Below are positions 18,853 through 28,788 of a DNA stretch of 64,000 bases, one piece after another. This DNA is from an uncultured Enterobacteriaceae bacterium. Its GTDB lineage: Bacteria > Desulfobacterota > Binatia > Bin18. The stretch spans positions 3,491 to 67,490 of the forward strand of contig CAZBUD010000016.1 in NCBI GenBank assembly GCA_964495015.1. Direction: 5' to 3'. The notes beneath the pieces are model-generated. The model was not told where the DNA came from. It saw only the letters and a list, made by a program, of their open reading frames with translations, and did no database searches. Numbering within the stretch: the first letter of the stretch is position 1; each line of letters opens with the position of its first letter. The position numbers and the translations under genes are program-made.

Positions 18853-19060
18853 CGCAGCGTTATATGTATAGGGTTCGCTATTACATCTTTTGGTCGTTGC
18901 GCGGGATCGAGTGTGCGTTACGGAAGGAGACCGTCTGGCCGAGACAGTCAGTGCCGCAGCGCAAAAGCTCGACCTCCCTCCCGTCTATTGATGCTCGTGT
19001 GTGAATATCAAACCGGAGAATTTGACCTTTATTGAGGAGAATTGTAGAGGGGGCTGACCT

Positions 19061-19348
19061 ATGACTAAAGCAGATATTGTAGAACGAATTTATGAAAAGG
19101 TGGGATTCTCGAAAAAAGAAGCGACCGATGTCGTGGAGTCGATATTTGGAATAATCAAGGGTCGCCTCGAAAAAGGGGAGAAAGTAAAAATCTCCGGATT
19201 TGGGAATTTTGTCATTAATGAAAAGCGGCCACGTAAAGGGCGAAATCCACAAACGGGCGAGGAAATTATCATCTCAGGCCGTAGTGTTCTCTCATTCAAA
19301 CCGAGTCCGGTATTAAAGAAGGCCATTAACCCACTTTTGCCAAACTGA
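19061..19348 (+). CDS. ihfA: Integration host factor alpha subunit (HU/IHF family)
   Basis: [21 protein letters not shown] ... [12 protein letters not shown] ... [12 protein letters not shown] ... [10 protein letters not shown] matches IHF-alpha more closely than HU. The pheST-ihfA neighbourhood is conserved. Confidence 0.75.
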   Translation: MTKADIVERIYEKVGFSKKEATDVVESIFGIIKGRLEKGEKVKISGFGNFVINEKRPRKGRNPQTGEEIIISGRSVLSFKPSPVLKKAINPLLPN

Positions 19349-19355
19349 GCGTATA

Positions 19356-19730
19356 GTGGATCAGGTTGAGTTCCCGAATAAGCTCTATTTTCGCATCGGT
19401 GAAGTCGCGAAGATCATCGGTGTGAAGCCATATGTGTTGCGTTACTGGGAAACAGAGTTTTCTGTTCTCAAGCCGGGCAAGACCCCATCACGCCACCGCC
19501 TGTACCGGCGCCGTGATGTTGAAACCTTGCTCGAGATCAAGTACCTCTTGTACGAAGAAGGCTTCACTATTGCTGGGGCAAAAAAACGCCTCAAAGATGG
19601 GGAAAAAGAAGAAGAAGCTGCTCCTGTGTCTCAGGTGCAACCACTCCAGGCTGATCGGCGCCAAATTTTGACCGAGATTCATAAGGACATCCGGTCTCTG
19701 CACAAGATCCTAAGTGCAGAAAGGCGCTAG
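19356..19730 (+). CDS. MerR-family transcriptional regulator
   Basis: N-terminal [28 protein letters not shown], then a coiled-coil-like, Lys/Glu-rich tail. Lies 7 nt after ihfA. Confidence 0.75.
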   Translation: MDQVEFPNKLYFRIGEVAKIIGVKPYVLRYWETEFSVLKPGKTPSRHRLYRRRDVETLLEIKYLLYEEGFTIAGAKKRLKDGEKEEEAAPVSQVQPLQADRRQILTEIHKDIRSLHKILSAERR

Positions 19731-19886
19731 ACGATTCGTTTTTAGCCTGCCCCGATAAGAAGAAAAAGTTTCTTGTTGATGCGACCTTACGTCGTATGGT
19801 AGCATAGAAGACGAGAAACTGTTCTAGGGGTCGGGACGACCCATTCCCTACATACAGTAGGACACGTAGAGCAAGAGGAGGGGTGG

Positions 19887-21050
19887 ATGCGGTCAACGTG
19901 GTGGATGTGGTGCTCTTTTGTCTTGAGTGTGGGCAGCCTGCTTGGCGGCCTTACGATGCCCGCCTTTGCTTTTGAGGAGCACAGGCGGATCCCTCGGCTC
20001 CCAGATTCTCAAAATTTTGCTGCGGTTCTCCTACAAGATGCGGAGACCGGCCAGGTGTTATTTGCCAAAAACAGCCAGAAAATATGGCCCCAGGCTTCTC
20101 TGACCAAAATGATGTTAGGATTGGTCGTTTTTGAGGAAATTGAAAAGGGGAATATTGCGCTGCGCACTCCGGTGAAAATTAGTCGCCGTGCCAGTCGGAC
20201 GAGAGGCCGAACGATCGGCTTGCGGTCTGGAGAAGTGTTTTCTCTAGAAGAACTCCTCCAAACAGTGTTAGTGACCTCTGCAAATGACGCTGCTGTTGCA
20301 GTGGCTGAGCATGTGTGTGGCTCGGTGAGCAAGTGTGTTCAGCGTATGAACGACCGAGCCCAGGAACTGGGTATGAAGCGTGCCCAGTATCAGACTGTCA
20401 ACGGAATGCCGACGAAACGAGATCAAGCTCCTGATATGGCGCCCGCTGAGGATATCGCCGTCCTCGCTCGGGCGCTTTTACGCCACCCCCGCGTCCTTAC
20501 CTGGACTTCGCAACAATCTATGCCGTTTCGAAATGGTCGCCAGAGACTACCAAATACAAACCGGCTGGTTGGTCGAACAAACGGAGTTGACGGTTTAAAG
20601 ACAGGATTTACGAGAAAGGCCCATTTCAATCTTGTGACGACTGCGCAACGGGGCTCTGTGCGTCTCATCGCCATTGTCTTTGGCGGGAAAACCAGTACTA
20701 TACGCTTTCGAATTGGTAAGGACTTGCTTGAGTGGGGATTCACGAATTTTACGCGGCTTCGGCTCATAGAGGGAGGAGCTCCCCTGTGGGTCGAGATTCG
20801 GGTTGAGAATGGCAGCATGTCTGCCTTCCAACCGGTTGCCGCAGCAATGGCTGCGCCCCTTGTTCGGAAAGACGAGATTGCGGCTGTATCTGTCGCGCTG
20901 CAAATTCCTAGCCGGGTGTCAGCCCCCGTACTGCGTCATCAGGTTCTTGGAGAAATAGTTGTCCGACGGGGTAAACAAACGCTTGCCGTTATTCCGGCAT
21001 TGAGTCCAGGTGAGATTCCGCAGGCCAGGTGGACGCATGCCCGTCGATAG
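19887..21050 (+). CDS. D-alanyl-D-alanine carboxypeptidase (serine-type, PBP5/6-like)
   Basis: Signal peptide. SxxK (ASLTKMM), SxN (TSANDAA) and KTG (LKTGFT) motifs are present. Confidence 0.8.
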   Translation: MRSTWWMWCSFVLSVGSLLGGLTMPAFAFEEHRRIPRLPDSQNFAAVLLQDAETGQVLFAKNSQKIWPQASLTKMMLGLVVFEEIEKGNIALRTPVKISRRASRTRGRTIGLRSGEVFSLEELLQTVLVTSANDAAVAVAEHVCGSVSKCVQRMNDRAQELGMKRAQYQTVNGMPTKRDQAPDMAPAEDIAVLARALLRHPRVLTWTSQQSMPFRNGRQRLPNTNRLVGRTNGVDGLKTGFTRKAHFNLVTTAQRGSVRLIAIVFGGKTSTIRFRIGKDLLEWGFTNFTRLRLIEGGAPLWVEIRVENGSMSAFQPVAAAMAAPLVRKDEIAAVSVALQIPSRVSAPVLRHQVLGEIVVRRGKQTLAVIPALSPGEIPQARWTHARR

Positions 21051-21146
21051 CGTGTTGGAAACGGTAAAAAGCGCTTGCATACTGACGAAAGATGCTTAAG
21101 TTGCCTCTGCACGTTGGAAAGAGGTCGATGAAAGGAGATCGTTCGC

Positions 21147-22781
21147 ATGGCGAGTAAATTGGTCTATTTACATGATAAAGCCCGCACGGGGATTCTGAGA
21201 GGCGTCAACCTCATAGCTGATGTGACTCAGGTGACACTCGGACCACGGGGTCGCAATGTCCTCTTAGAGAAAAGTTATGGGGCTCCAGTAGTCACAAAAG
21301 ACGGTGTGACAGTTGTGAAAGAAGTTGAGCTTGACGATAAATTTGAGAACATGGGAGCAAAGATGGTCCGCGAGGTTGCGACCAAGACCTCGGATGTCGC
21401 CGGTGACGGGACCACGACCGCAACGATCTTGTCGCGGGCCGTTCTAACTGAAGGGCTGCGTTTGCAAGTTGCCGGGTTTGACCCTATGTCGCTCAAACGC
21501 GGTATTGATGCGGCGGTTGAGCAAATTGTGGAGGGGGTACAAAAGCAGAGCCGACAGGTCCGGGGACGAGAGGATATTGCCCAAGTCGGGACGATCGCAG
21601 CGAATGGGGAATCAACCATAGGTGACACGATCGCCGAAGCCATGGAGCGCGTGGGAAACGAAGGCGTAATTACTCTTGAAGAAGGGAAAGGGCTGGACAC
21701 GGTTCTCGACGTTGTTGAGGGCATGCAGTTTGATCGCGGCTTTCTCTCTCCTTATTTTGTCTCAGATCCTGAGAAACAGACTGCCGAAATGGATGAACCC
21801 TACATCCTCTTGCACGAAAAAAAGATCTCGAATATGGGAGACCTTATCCCTCTACTTGAGAAAATAGCGCAAAGTGGGCGTCCGCTTGTCATTATTGCCG
21901 AAGACCTTGAAGGCGAAGCGTTGGCCGCATTGGTGGTGAATAAAATTCGGGGGACCCTCAACTGCGCTGCGGTAAAGGCCCCCGGCTTTGGCGACCGCCG
22001 TACAGCCATGCTGGAAGACATTGCCATTCTGACTGGTGGCAGAGTTGTGGCAGAAGAACTGGGCATGAAGCTCGAAAATATCGAGCTCAGTGACCTGGGA
22101 AGCTGTCGGCGTCTAGTGATGGATAAAGATAACACCACCATTATCGCCGGAGCGGGGAAAAAGAAGGATATGCAGGGCCGCGCTGACCAGATTCGTTCCC
22201 AGATTGAAGAAACGACTTCGGATTATGATCGAGAAAAACTCCAAGAGCGTTTGGCTAAATTAGCCGGTGGGGTGGCTGTGGTTAAGATTGGGGCAGCCAC
22301 GGAAGTGGAGATGAAAGAACGAAAAGCCCGCGTTGATGATGCGCTGCATGCCACAAGATCTGCCGTAGAAGAAGGCATCGTGCCTGGTGGAGGTGTTGCC
22401 TTGCTGCGGGCCCAGGCCAAGCTAGATGAGCTGTCTTTTGACGATGATAGAGCTGCGGGGGTCAATATTATCCGTCGGGCGGTTGAAGAGCCGATTCGGC
22501 AAATCGCTAAGAACTCCGGACTTGATGCTCCAGTCGTGCTGGACAAAGTCAAAAAGAGCAGGGGCGATATCGGGTTTAATGCTGTATCCGGAGAATATGA
22601 GAGCCTCTTCAAGGCTGGAGTCATCGACTCAACAAAAGTCGTTCGCGTAGCATTACAAAATGCGGCGAGCGTAGCGGGTTTAATGCTAACGACTGAGGCC
22701 GCGATCGCTGAAAAACCAGAGGAACCAGATCCAGCAGCGGGCGGTCATGACCATGGTGATGATTTTGATGATGATTATTAA
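21147..22781 (+). CDS. groEL: Chaperonin GroEL (Hsp60) with no adjacent groES and a non-canonical His/Asp-rich C-terminus
   Basis: 544 aa with full GroEL conservation ([25 protein letters not shown] ...). The tail ...[21 protein letters not shown] replaces the usual GGM repeats. Only 96 bp separate it from the upstream gene, with no 10-kDa ORF. Confidence 0.9.
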   Translation: MASKLVYLHDKARTGILRGVNLIADVTQVTLGPRGRNVLLEKSYGAPVVTKDGVTVVKEVELDDKFENMGAKMVREVATKTSDVAGDGTTTATILSRAVLTEGLRLQVAGFDPMSLKRGIDAAVEQIVEGVQKQSRQVRGREDIAQVGTIAANGESTIGDTIAEAMERVGNEGVITLEEGKGLDTVLDVVEGMQFDRGFLSPYFVSDPEKQTAEMDEPYILLHEKKISNMGDLIPLLEKIAQSGRPLVIIAEDLEGEALAALVVNKIRGTLNCAAVKAPGFGDRRTAMLEDIAILTGGRVVAEELGMKLENIELSDLGSCRRLVMDKDNTTIIAGAGKKKDMQGRADQIRSQIEETTSDYDREKLQERLAKLAGGVAVVKIGAATEVEMKERKARVDDALHATRSAVEEGIVPGGGVALLRAQAKLDELSFDDDRAAGVNIIRRAVEEPIRQIAKNSGLDAPVVLDKVKKSRGDIGFNAVSGEYESLFKAGVIDSTKVVRVALQNAASVAGLMLTTEAAIAEKPEEPDPAAGGHDHGDDFDDDY

Positions 22782-22811
22782 GCCGTGACACTGTAATCCG
22801 ATTGCAAGAGA

Positions 22812-22838
22812 GGGGGTCGGACGGCCCCCTTTTTTATT
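22812..22838 (+). terminator. Rho-independent terminator after groEL (GGGGGTC-GGAC-GGCCCCC + TTTTTTATT)
   Basis: 7-bp GC stem, 4-nt loop, and a U-tract directly after. Confidence 0.7.
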
Positions 22839-22944
22839 GCTGCCTGTGAAGCGGGATCCCCTCTTTTCTCGTTTTTCATTCCTTTGGCTTTCTCTCTTTG
22901 TTATGGGATAGCATTTCTTTTAGTAATCTATTACGAACTGGCGT

Positions 22945-24159
22945 ATGATCGACCTCTCCCCTCCCTCGCATGTTGAGAAGACAGTTCGTGACATTCACCG
23001 ATTCATAGAAAACGATCTCTCACCCATTGAGCAGGATCTTTCTCAACACCTTATCAATGAACACCTCTATCTGCGCCAAGACGGACGCCTTGCGCCCGAG
23101 GTGTTGGCCGCCCAGCAGACGATTCGGAAACGGTCGGCGGAGAAGGGTTTGTATGCTCTCCACATGCCCAAAGAAGTCGGCGGTGGCGGTCTGAGCCTGA
23201 CTGATATGTTCTTTGTCCACGAGGCTGTCTACCAGCATGGCATAGGGGTAACGCAATGGATGCTGTCGTGGACGGAGGGACCAAACCAGATGCTGATGGT
23301 TCTCAACGAGGAGCAGAAGCAAAAATACCTCCTGCCGATGATGCGGGGTGAAACGACCGGCGCTTACGCCATCACTGAGTATCGAGGCGGTTCTGACGTG
23401 CTCGGTATGCAGACCCAAGCGGAAAAGCGTGGCGATGCTTGGGTGATTAACGGCACGAAGGCTTATATCACAAATGCCCAGTATGCAGACTTGGTTTTCG
23501 TGTGCGCCATGCACGATCCGAGCAAAGGCGGTGCAGGAGCAACCGCCTTTATTGTGGAGCGAGACAATCCCGGGCTCGAGATCGGGCGAACCTACCGAAC
23601 CATTATGGATGACGGAATGACTGGCGAGTTACGGTTTGAGAATTGCCACGTACCACAGGAAAACATGTGGGGGCAGGAGGGTGAAGGCTTTTACCTCAGC
23701 ATGGGCATGATCAACTGGATTCGCGTGCGCCGCGGGGGCATGTGCACCGGCCTGGGGCAATATTTGCTGGATCGGTGTATCGATTATATTAAAAACCGGC
23801 GTGCGTTTGGTGGCGCACTCAGCCGTTTTCAAGCCCTGCAGTGGATGGTTGTGGATTCTTACCTGGATGTCCAAGCCATGCGCAGTATGTCGCTTCAAAG
23901 TCTCTGGCAGGCCGACCAGGGAAACCTGTGGGCGTTCAAGGTCGATCCTCAACTCATCAAGGCCGTGTGTGCGCTCAAGGTCTTTTGCGATGAAGCGCTG
24001 TATCGCGTAGCCGACCGAGCGGTGCAGCTCCACGGTGCCCATGGACTCATGAAGGAATCCGGAATTGAAAAAATATTTCGGATTGCCCGCAATCTGCGTA
24101 TCCCTGGGGGAACGGATGAGATCCAGCGGGTGAATATTGCCAAGGCTCTCGGATTGTAA
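22945..24159 (+). CDS. Acyl-CoA dehydrogenase family protein
   Basis: 404 aa. YAITEYRGGSDVLGMQTQAEKRGDAWVINGTKAYITNA, plus a C-terminal four-helix region with the catalytic-base region (ARNLRIPGGTDEIQR). Confidence 0.8.
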   Translation: MIDLSPPSHVEKTVRDIHRFIENDLSPIEQDLSQHLINEHLYLRQDGRLAPEVLAAQQTIRKRSAEKGLYALHMPKEVGGGGLSLTDMFFVHEAVYQHGIGVTQWMLSWTEGPNQMLMVLNEEQKQKYLLPMMRGETTGAYAITEYRGGSDVLGMQTQAEKRGDAWVINGTKAYITNAQYADLVFVCAMHDPSKGGAGATAFIVERDNPGLEIGRTYRTIMDDGMTGELRFENCHVPQENMWGQEGEGFYLSMGMINWIRVRRGGMCTGLGQYLLDRCIDYIKNRRAFGGALSRFQALQWMVVDSYLDVQAMRSMSLQSLWQADQGNLWAFKVDPQLIKAVCALKVFCDEALYRVADRAVQLHGAHGLMKESGIEKIFRIARNLRIPGGTDEIQRVNIAKALGL

Positions 24160-24195
24160 CGTGTCCACGCTCTTCCCTCTGCCTCTTGCTGTCCC

Positions 24196-25524
24196 TTGAC
24201 CAACCTTTTCCCCCCCGGATACTGCAAGGCAGTGAGGGCTATCGAATCTGTCAATACTGAGTCTCGTACCGAGACCGCTAATCAGCAGAAATTCTTTTAT
24301 GGCTGGGTGGTAGTTGCCTGTTCGTTTATCGTCCTGACGGCTGCATATGGTGTTCAGTTTTCCTTTGGCGTGTTCATGCCGGAGATATCGGCTGAAATGG
24401 GCTGGGGACGGACGGAACTCTCTTTAGCCTATGCGTTCTACGTTTTCGTCTATAGCGGCCTTGGAATTGTAAGCGGCTGGTGTACCGACCGTTGGGGGCC
24501 GCGCATTGTAATTTTGGTTGGCGGTCTCCTGCTGGGGAGTGGTACTATGCTGATGAGCCAAGTGCACGCGCTCAGCCAACTATACGTATTCCTTGGTTGT
24601 ATCGCTGCTCTTGGCATGAGCGCTGCCTTTGTGCCGTGCAACTCTACAGTGGTGCGCTGGTTTATTGAGCAGCGTGGTCTTGCGCTCAGTATCAGTACGA
24701 GTGGGTCAAGTTTTGGAAACTTTCTTGTTCCACCACTCACAGCAGCTCTGATTACGGCCTATGGCTGGCGGGTGACGTATCTGATGATTGGGCTCATTAG
24801 CATGGCCATCATCGTATTGTGTTCACTATTTATTATCCGCGATCCTGAGACGGCTGGACTACAACCGGACGGGACTGTGCCGGTTGAACCAGTTCCGCGA
24901 TCAGAATCCCAGGCTCAGGTGAGTACGGCTGACGAATGGACGCTGGCAACAGCTCGGCAGACCTCGGCCTTCTGGATGCTGGTCGTGATCTTTACCATGA
25001 CGTGGTTAGTCGTCTTCATGCCGGTGATCCATATTGTTCCATTCGCGATGGACCTCGGTGTTCCGCAAGTCCGCGCGTCCACGCTCATTAGTGTTATCGG
25101 TCTGGCTGGATTTGGCGGACGACTCTTAATGGGACCGATTTCCGACCGCCTGGGTCGTATTCCAGCATTAAAAGTATGCCTGCTGCTGCAAACCCTGGCC
25201 TTTCTCGGGTTTTCGTTTAGCACCAGCCTGTCTCTGCTCTATCCGGCCGTAGCCGTCTTTGGTGTCTCTTACGGCGGGACGACTGCGCTCTTCCCGGCCA
25301 TCGTTGGGGACTTTTTCGGACGCGTCGCAGTTGGGTCCATTGTCGGGTTTATTTTTGCCGTGGCTGGCTCAACTGCCGCTTTCGGGCCGGCTGTTGCTGG
25401 GTATCTATACGACGTCTACGGAAACTATGAGATAGCGTTTTTATTAAGTTCGGGGTTGAATTTTCTTGGAGTCATGTTGTTATTTTTCATGAAAAGGCCA
25501 AAACGGTTGCCACATGCAACGTAG
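24196..25524 (+). CDS. MFS transporter (OFA-like; paralog of the 2267-3568 gene)
   Basis: 442 aa, about 12 TM segments. GWCTDRWGPR motif. Central hydrophilic loop. Confidence 0.8.
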   Translation: MTNLFPPGYCKAVRAIESVNTESRTETANQQKFFYGWVVVACSFIVLTAAYGVQFSFGVFMPEISAEMGWGRTELSLAYAFYVFVYSGLGIVSGWCTDRWGPRIVILVGGLLLGSGTMLMSQVHALSQLYVFLGCIAALGMSAAFVPCNSTVVRWFIEQRGLALSISTSGSSFGNFLVPPLTAALITAYGWRVTYLMIGLISMAIIVLCSLFIIRDPETAGLQPDGTVPVEPVPRSESQAQVSTADEWTLATARQTSAFWMLVVIFTMTWLVVFMPVIHIVPFAMDLGVPQVRASTLISVIGLAGFGGRLLMGPISDRLGRIPALKVCLLLQTLAFLGFSFSTSLSLLYPAVAVFGVSYGGTTALFPAIVGDFFGRVAVGSIVGFIFAVAGSTAAFGPAVAGYLYDVYGNYEIAFLLSSGLNFLGVMLLFFMKRPKRLPHAT

Positions 25525-25533
25525 GAGGGGAGT

Positions 25534-26337
25534 ATGCAGCGTGCATCGGTAAATGGAGTTGAATTAGTGTATGAAACCTACGGAGCGGGTGAACCGCTTG
25601 TTCTTGTCCACGGTGCGCAAAGTGATCGGAGTATCTTTATCAATCTACTCCCGGATTTTACGGATCAATTTGAGGTCCTGATCTTTGATCAACGCGGCTC
25701 AGGTCAAAGCGAAAAACCCGACGTGGAATACACTATGGGCATGATTGCCGATGACACTGCCGCGCTGATGGACTACGTGGGCTTCCCTCCTGCGCATGTG
25801 TATGGGGTCTCAATGGGGGGGATGATCGCCCAAGAGCTGGCCATTCGCCATGCCTCGCACGTCCAATCCCTCGTCCTTGGCTGCACGACTCCTGGAGGGC
25901 CTCAAGCAGTCAGCCTGCAAGGCGAGGCCATACAGAGTTCGCACTCAACTGAGGAACTCTCTGCAGAAGAACGTGGTAAGGCATTGGCTGAAACCGCTTT
26001 TACCGAGGGCTATATTCAAAAGCACCCAGAGATTATCTCGACATTGGTCGAAGCTCGCAAAAAGCAGCCGCTTGACACTGTTGGTTTTTCTCACCGAATG
26101 CAAGCAGCTTACATGCATAATACCTTTGACCGTTTGTCACAGATTACTTGTCCGACACTTGTGATTACGGGTAAAGACGATGCGCTGATTGCGTGGGAGA
26201 ACTCAAAACTCCTGGCAAAAAATATTGCCAATTCCGAACTTGTGGTCTTAGAGCCGGCCGGCCATGTTTTTTGGGTGGAACAGCCAACACGGTCGAGAAA
26301 TGCGATTTTGACATTTCTACAGAAACACAAGAGGTAA
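25534..26337 (+). CDS. Alpha/beta-fold hydrolase
   Basis: HG oxyanion motif (LVLVHGAQSD). Nucleophile elbow GVSMGG. C-terminal GHVFWVEQP histidine. Confidence 0.8.
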   Translation: MQRASVNGVELVYETYGAGEPLVLVHGAQSDRSIFINLLPDFTDQFEVLIFDQRGSGQSEKPDVEYTMGMIADDTAALMDYVGFPPAHVYGVSMGGMIAQELAIRHASHVQSLVLGCTTPGGPQAVSLQGEAIQSSHSTEELSAEERGKALAETAFTEGYIQKHPEIISTLVEARKKQPLDTVGFSHRMQAAYMHNTFDRLSQITCPTLVITGKDDALIAWENSKLLAKNIANSELVVLEPAGHVFWVEQPTRSRNAILTFLQKHKR

Positions 26338-26346
26338 GGGTCAACT

Positions 26347-27378
26347 ATGCAAAACAAAGAAATCACCAAAAATAGTCAAGTACGTATGATGCGGAGTTGG
26401 ATGCTCGGCCTGCATGCCACGCATATTACCGATATTGGTGGGCGGCTCGGCTATTTCACTGAGATGCGTCGGCGCGGTGGAACAGCCTCGGCTGAAGGGC
26501 TTGCCCAAGCTCTGGAACTCGATCCCTGGCGGACAAGGGTCTGGTGCCAGGCGGCGTGTGCGGTCGGGGTGCTGCAATCTGACGGTGATACGCAGTTCAC
26601 CTTTGCTCCGTTTATGGACGAACTCCTGGGCGATAATTCGCCTGAACTCCTCACGACCCATGTCCTGGCAAGCCTGTCACGAGACTTTCCCGCCTATCCG
26701 GAGGCCTTTCGGACCGGCGCGCTGAAAACCTTTCATGACCATGACGAAGATTTCTTCCACCATCAAGGCAAAATATCAGCTTTGCGCGCGCCTGTCGTAG
26801 TTGCTGCAGCCCGCAAACTGTCCGGTATGGAAGACCGATTGAGTACCGGGGGTAAAGTCATGGACATCGGTTCCGGCAGCGGAACAGTCCTCGTCCGCTT
26901 TGCCGAAGAGTTTCCGACCTGCCAAGTCACCGGCATCGAGCCGTTGCCATATTTTGTGGAGACCTCTCAAAAACTGATTCAAGACAAAAGGCTGGGCAGC
27001 AGGGTGCGGGTTGAGTCGGTCGGCGGGGAAGAACTGCCTTTTGAGAACGAGTTTGATCTTGTTACTATGGTTCAGGTCTTCCACGAGCTGCCGGATGAAA
27101 AGAAAATAGATATCTTGATTCGGTGCCACCGTAGTCTCAAGCCGGACGGAGTATTGCTCGTTGTTGATCGGTGTGCGCCTGAGACTGGGGAAGATTTGCA
27201 TGACCGACGCTTCACCATGAGTATTCTGGAGCAGTGGTTTGAAGTGACCTGGGGTAATATCGTTAACACTCGAGGTGATATTATTCAAATGTTAAAAGAC
27301 ACGGGGTTGAGCGTGACTGATGAGAACTCGGATATCATCCCGACGTATTGGACGTTTGTGGCGGAGAAGACTGCTTAA
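26347..27378 (+). CDS. Class I SAM-dependent (O-)methyltransferase with an N-terminal winged-helix/dimerisation domain
   Basis: Motif I VMDIGSGSGTV and an acidic motif II (TGIE), then LVTMVQVFHELPD and LKPDGVLLVVD. Starts 9 nt after the hydrolase stop. Confidence 0.75.
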   Translation: MQNKEITKNSQVRMMRSWMLGLHATHITDIGGRLGYFTEMRRRGGTASAEGLAQALELDPWRTRVWCQAACAVGVLQSDGDTQFTFAPFMDELLGDNSPELLTTHVLASLSRDFPAYPEAFRTGALKTFHDHDEDFFHHQGKISALRAPVVVAAARKLSGMEDRLSTGGKVMDIGSGSGTVLVRFAEEFPTCQVTGIEPLPYFVETSQKLIQDKRLGSRVRVESVGGEELPFENEFDLVTMVQVFHELPDEKKIDILIRCHRSLKPDGVLLVVDRCAPETGEDLHDRRFTMSILEQWFEVTWGNIVNTRGDIIQMLKDTGLSVTDENSDIIPTYWTFVAEKTA

Positions 27379-27402
27379 GAGGAGTCGGAACGGAGTAGCA
27401 AT

Positions 27403-28392
27403 ATGGGTCGATTAGGGCTCGTCCTTTACCATGGCATTGAAAGTGGTCCAGAACTCAAACAGTACGGACAGATTGCAGAAGACGCGGGTTATGAGTCGCT
27501 GTGGGTGACGGAGCGCTATTTCCACGAAGAGATTTTTTCCCTGCTTGGCTATCTTGGTGCTGCTACAGAAAAGATCAAACTCGGTGTTGGCGTCACTAAC
27601 CCCTACACGCGGAATCCCGCGCTCTTAGCCATGGCAACGGCAACACTAGATCGGATCACGGGCGGACGCTTTTTGCTGGGGCTTGGACGAAGCGAACGCA
27701 GTGTTATCCAAGACAAGATGGGCATGCCCTACGGCAATTCCCAGGCAGCGATGAACGCTGCGGTCTCGCTCGTCAAACGTCTTTTATCTGGTGAACGGGT
27801 AACCGACACCGAAGGGCCTTTTACACTGCGCAAGGCATGCCTTGCTACAAAGCCGATTCAACAAAACCTGCCCATCTATCTTGCCGCAATTGGAGAAAAA
27901 GGGCTGCGTCTGGCTGGAGCGATTGCCGATGGCATCTTGCTCAATGCCTACGTTCCGCCGTCCTACGTCAAATACGCAGTTGAAGAGATTCGCAGCGCAG
28001 CCCAAGAGGCTGGGCGTAATCCACAGTCTATCGATATTGCCTGCATGCTCGTCATTCGATTGACCGATGACCCGCACAGCATGATGCCAACCCTCAAAAA
28101 GCGTATTGTCCGGCTGCTCGACGAAGCCTTTGTGGGAGAGATTCTGCTGAAAAAAGGCGGCTTTGATCCGTCCATTCTTGGGCCCTTACGGGAGTCTTAT
28201 GCAAAGGATGAAGGTAAAGAGGCCGTAGGACTCATCACGGATGAAATGGTCGAGTCTTTTTACCTCGTCGGCTCAGCAGAGAAATGCAAAGAAGGTATAG
28301 CCGAATATCGACAGGCGGGTGTGGACCTCCCGCTGCTCCTACCTCGCCTTGAGGATTATAAGCGTGTCGCGGAAGAGCTGAAAGATGCGTAA
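27403..28392 (+). CDS. LLM-class F420/flavin-dependent oxidoreductase (Mer/luciferase-like)
   Basis: 329 aa. ESLWVTERYFHEE, RFLLGLGRSE and the C-terminal GLITDEMVESFYLVGSAEKCKEGIAEYRQAGVDLPLLLP are typical of the family. Confidence 0.8.
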   Translation: MGRLGLVLYHGIESGPELKQYGQIAEDAGYESLWVTERYFHEEIFSLLGYLGAATEKIKLGVGVTNPYTRNPALLAMATATLDRITGGRFLLGLGRSERSVIQDKMGMPYGNSQAAMNAAVSLVKRLLSGERVTDTEGPFTLRKACLATKPIQQNLPIYLAAIGEKGLRLAGAIADGILLNAYVPPSYVKYAVEEIRSAAQEAGRNPQSIDIACMLVIRLTDDPHSMMPTLKKRIVRLLDEAFVGEILLKKGGFDPSILGPLRESYAKDEGKEAVGLITDEMVESFYLVGSAEKCKEGIAEYRQAGVDLPLLLPRLEDYKRVAEELKDA

Positions 28393-28788
28393 CGTTTCAG
28401 CCTAGAACGCAAAGGCCTTCTTATTGGGCAGCCTCGTTCAGACGGGTAACGCGGTAATAAATCAAAACCGGCCCCACGGTCTTCGATAATAGCAGTTGAG
28501 ACAAGCGGGCCTTTTATCCGAATGGGGTTAAAGGCGCAAAAGGGGACTTTGCTTTCCGGCTGAGTATGCCAAGGGCAACAAATTCATCAAGGTGAGCCTC
28601 TTCTCCGTTAGTTTTTCGCTGCTCCTGCTGCATTTGTGGTCATTATGACTATACGAAAAGCTGTTGTCAAAGCTATTATTATTTTCAAGCGAATATTCCC
28701 CTACCCGAGTAGCCGCATGTTTAGCTGTTCTATATAAACAGTCCCCTATGGCGAATATTCATTCATCTCATACGAGGAAGGAGCTCCC

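Noticed and set aside
21050-21146. CIRCE/HrcA operator or a groES gene upstream of groEL
   Set aside because: The 96-bp spacer has no CIRCE-like inverted repeat and cannot encode a 10-kDa protein.
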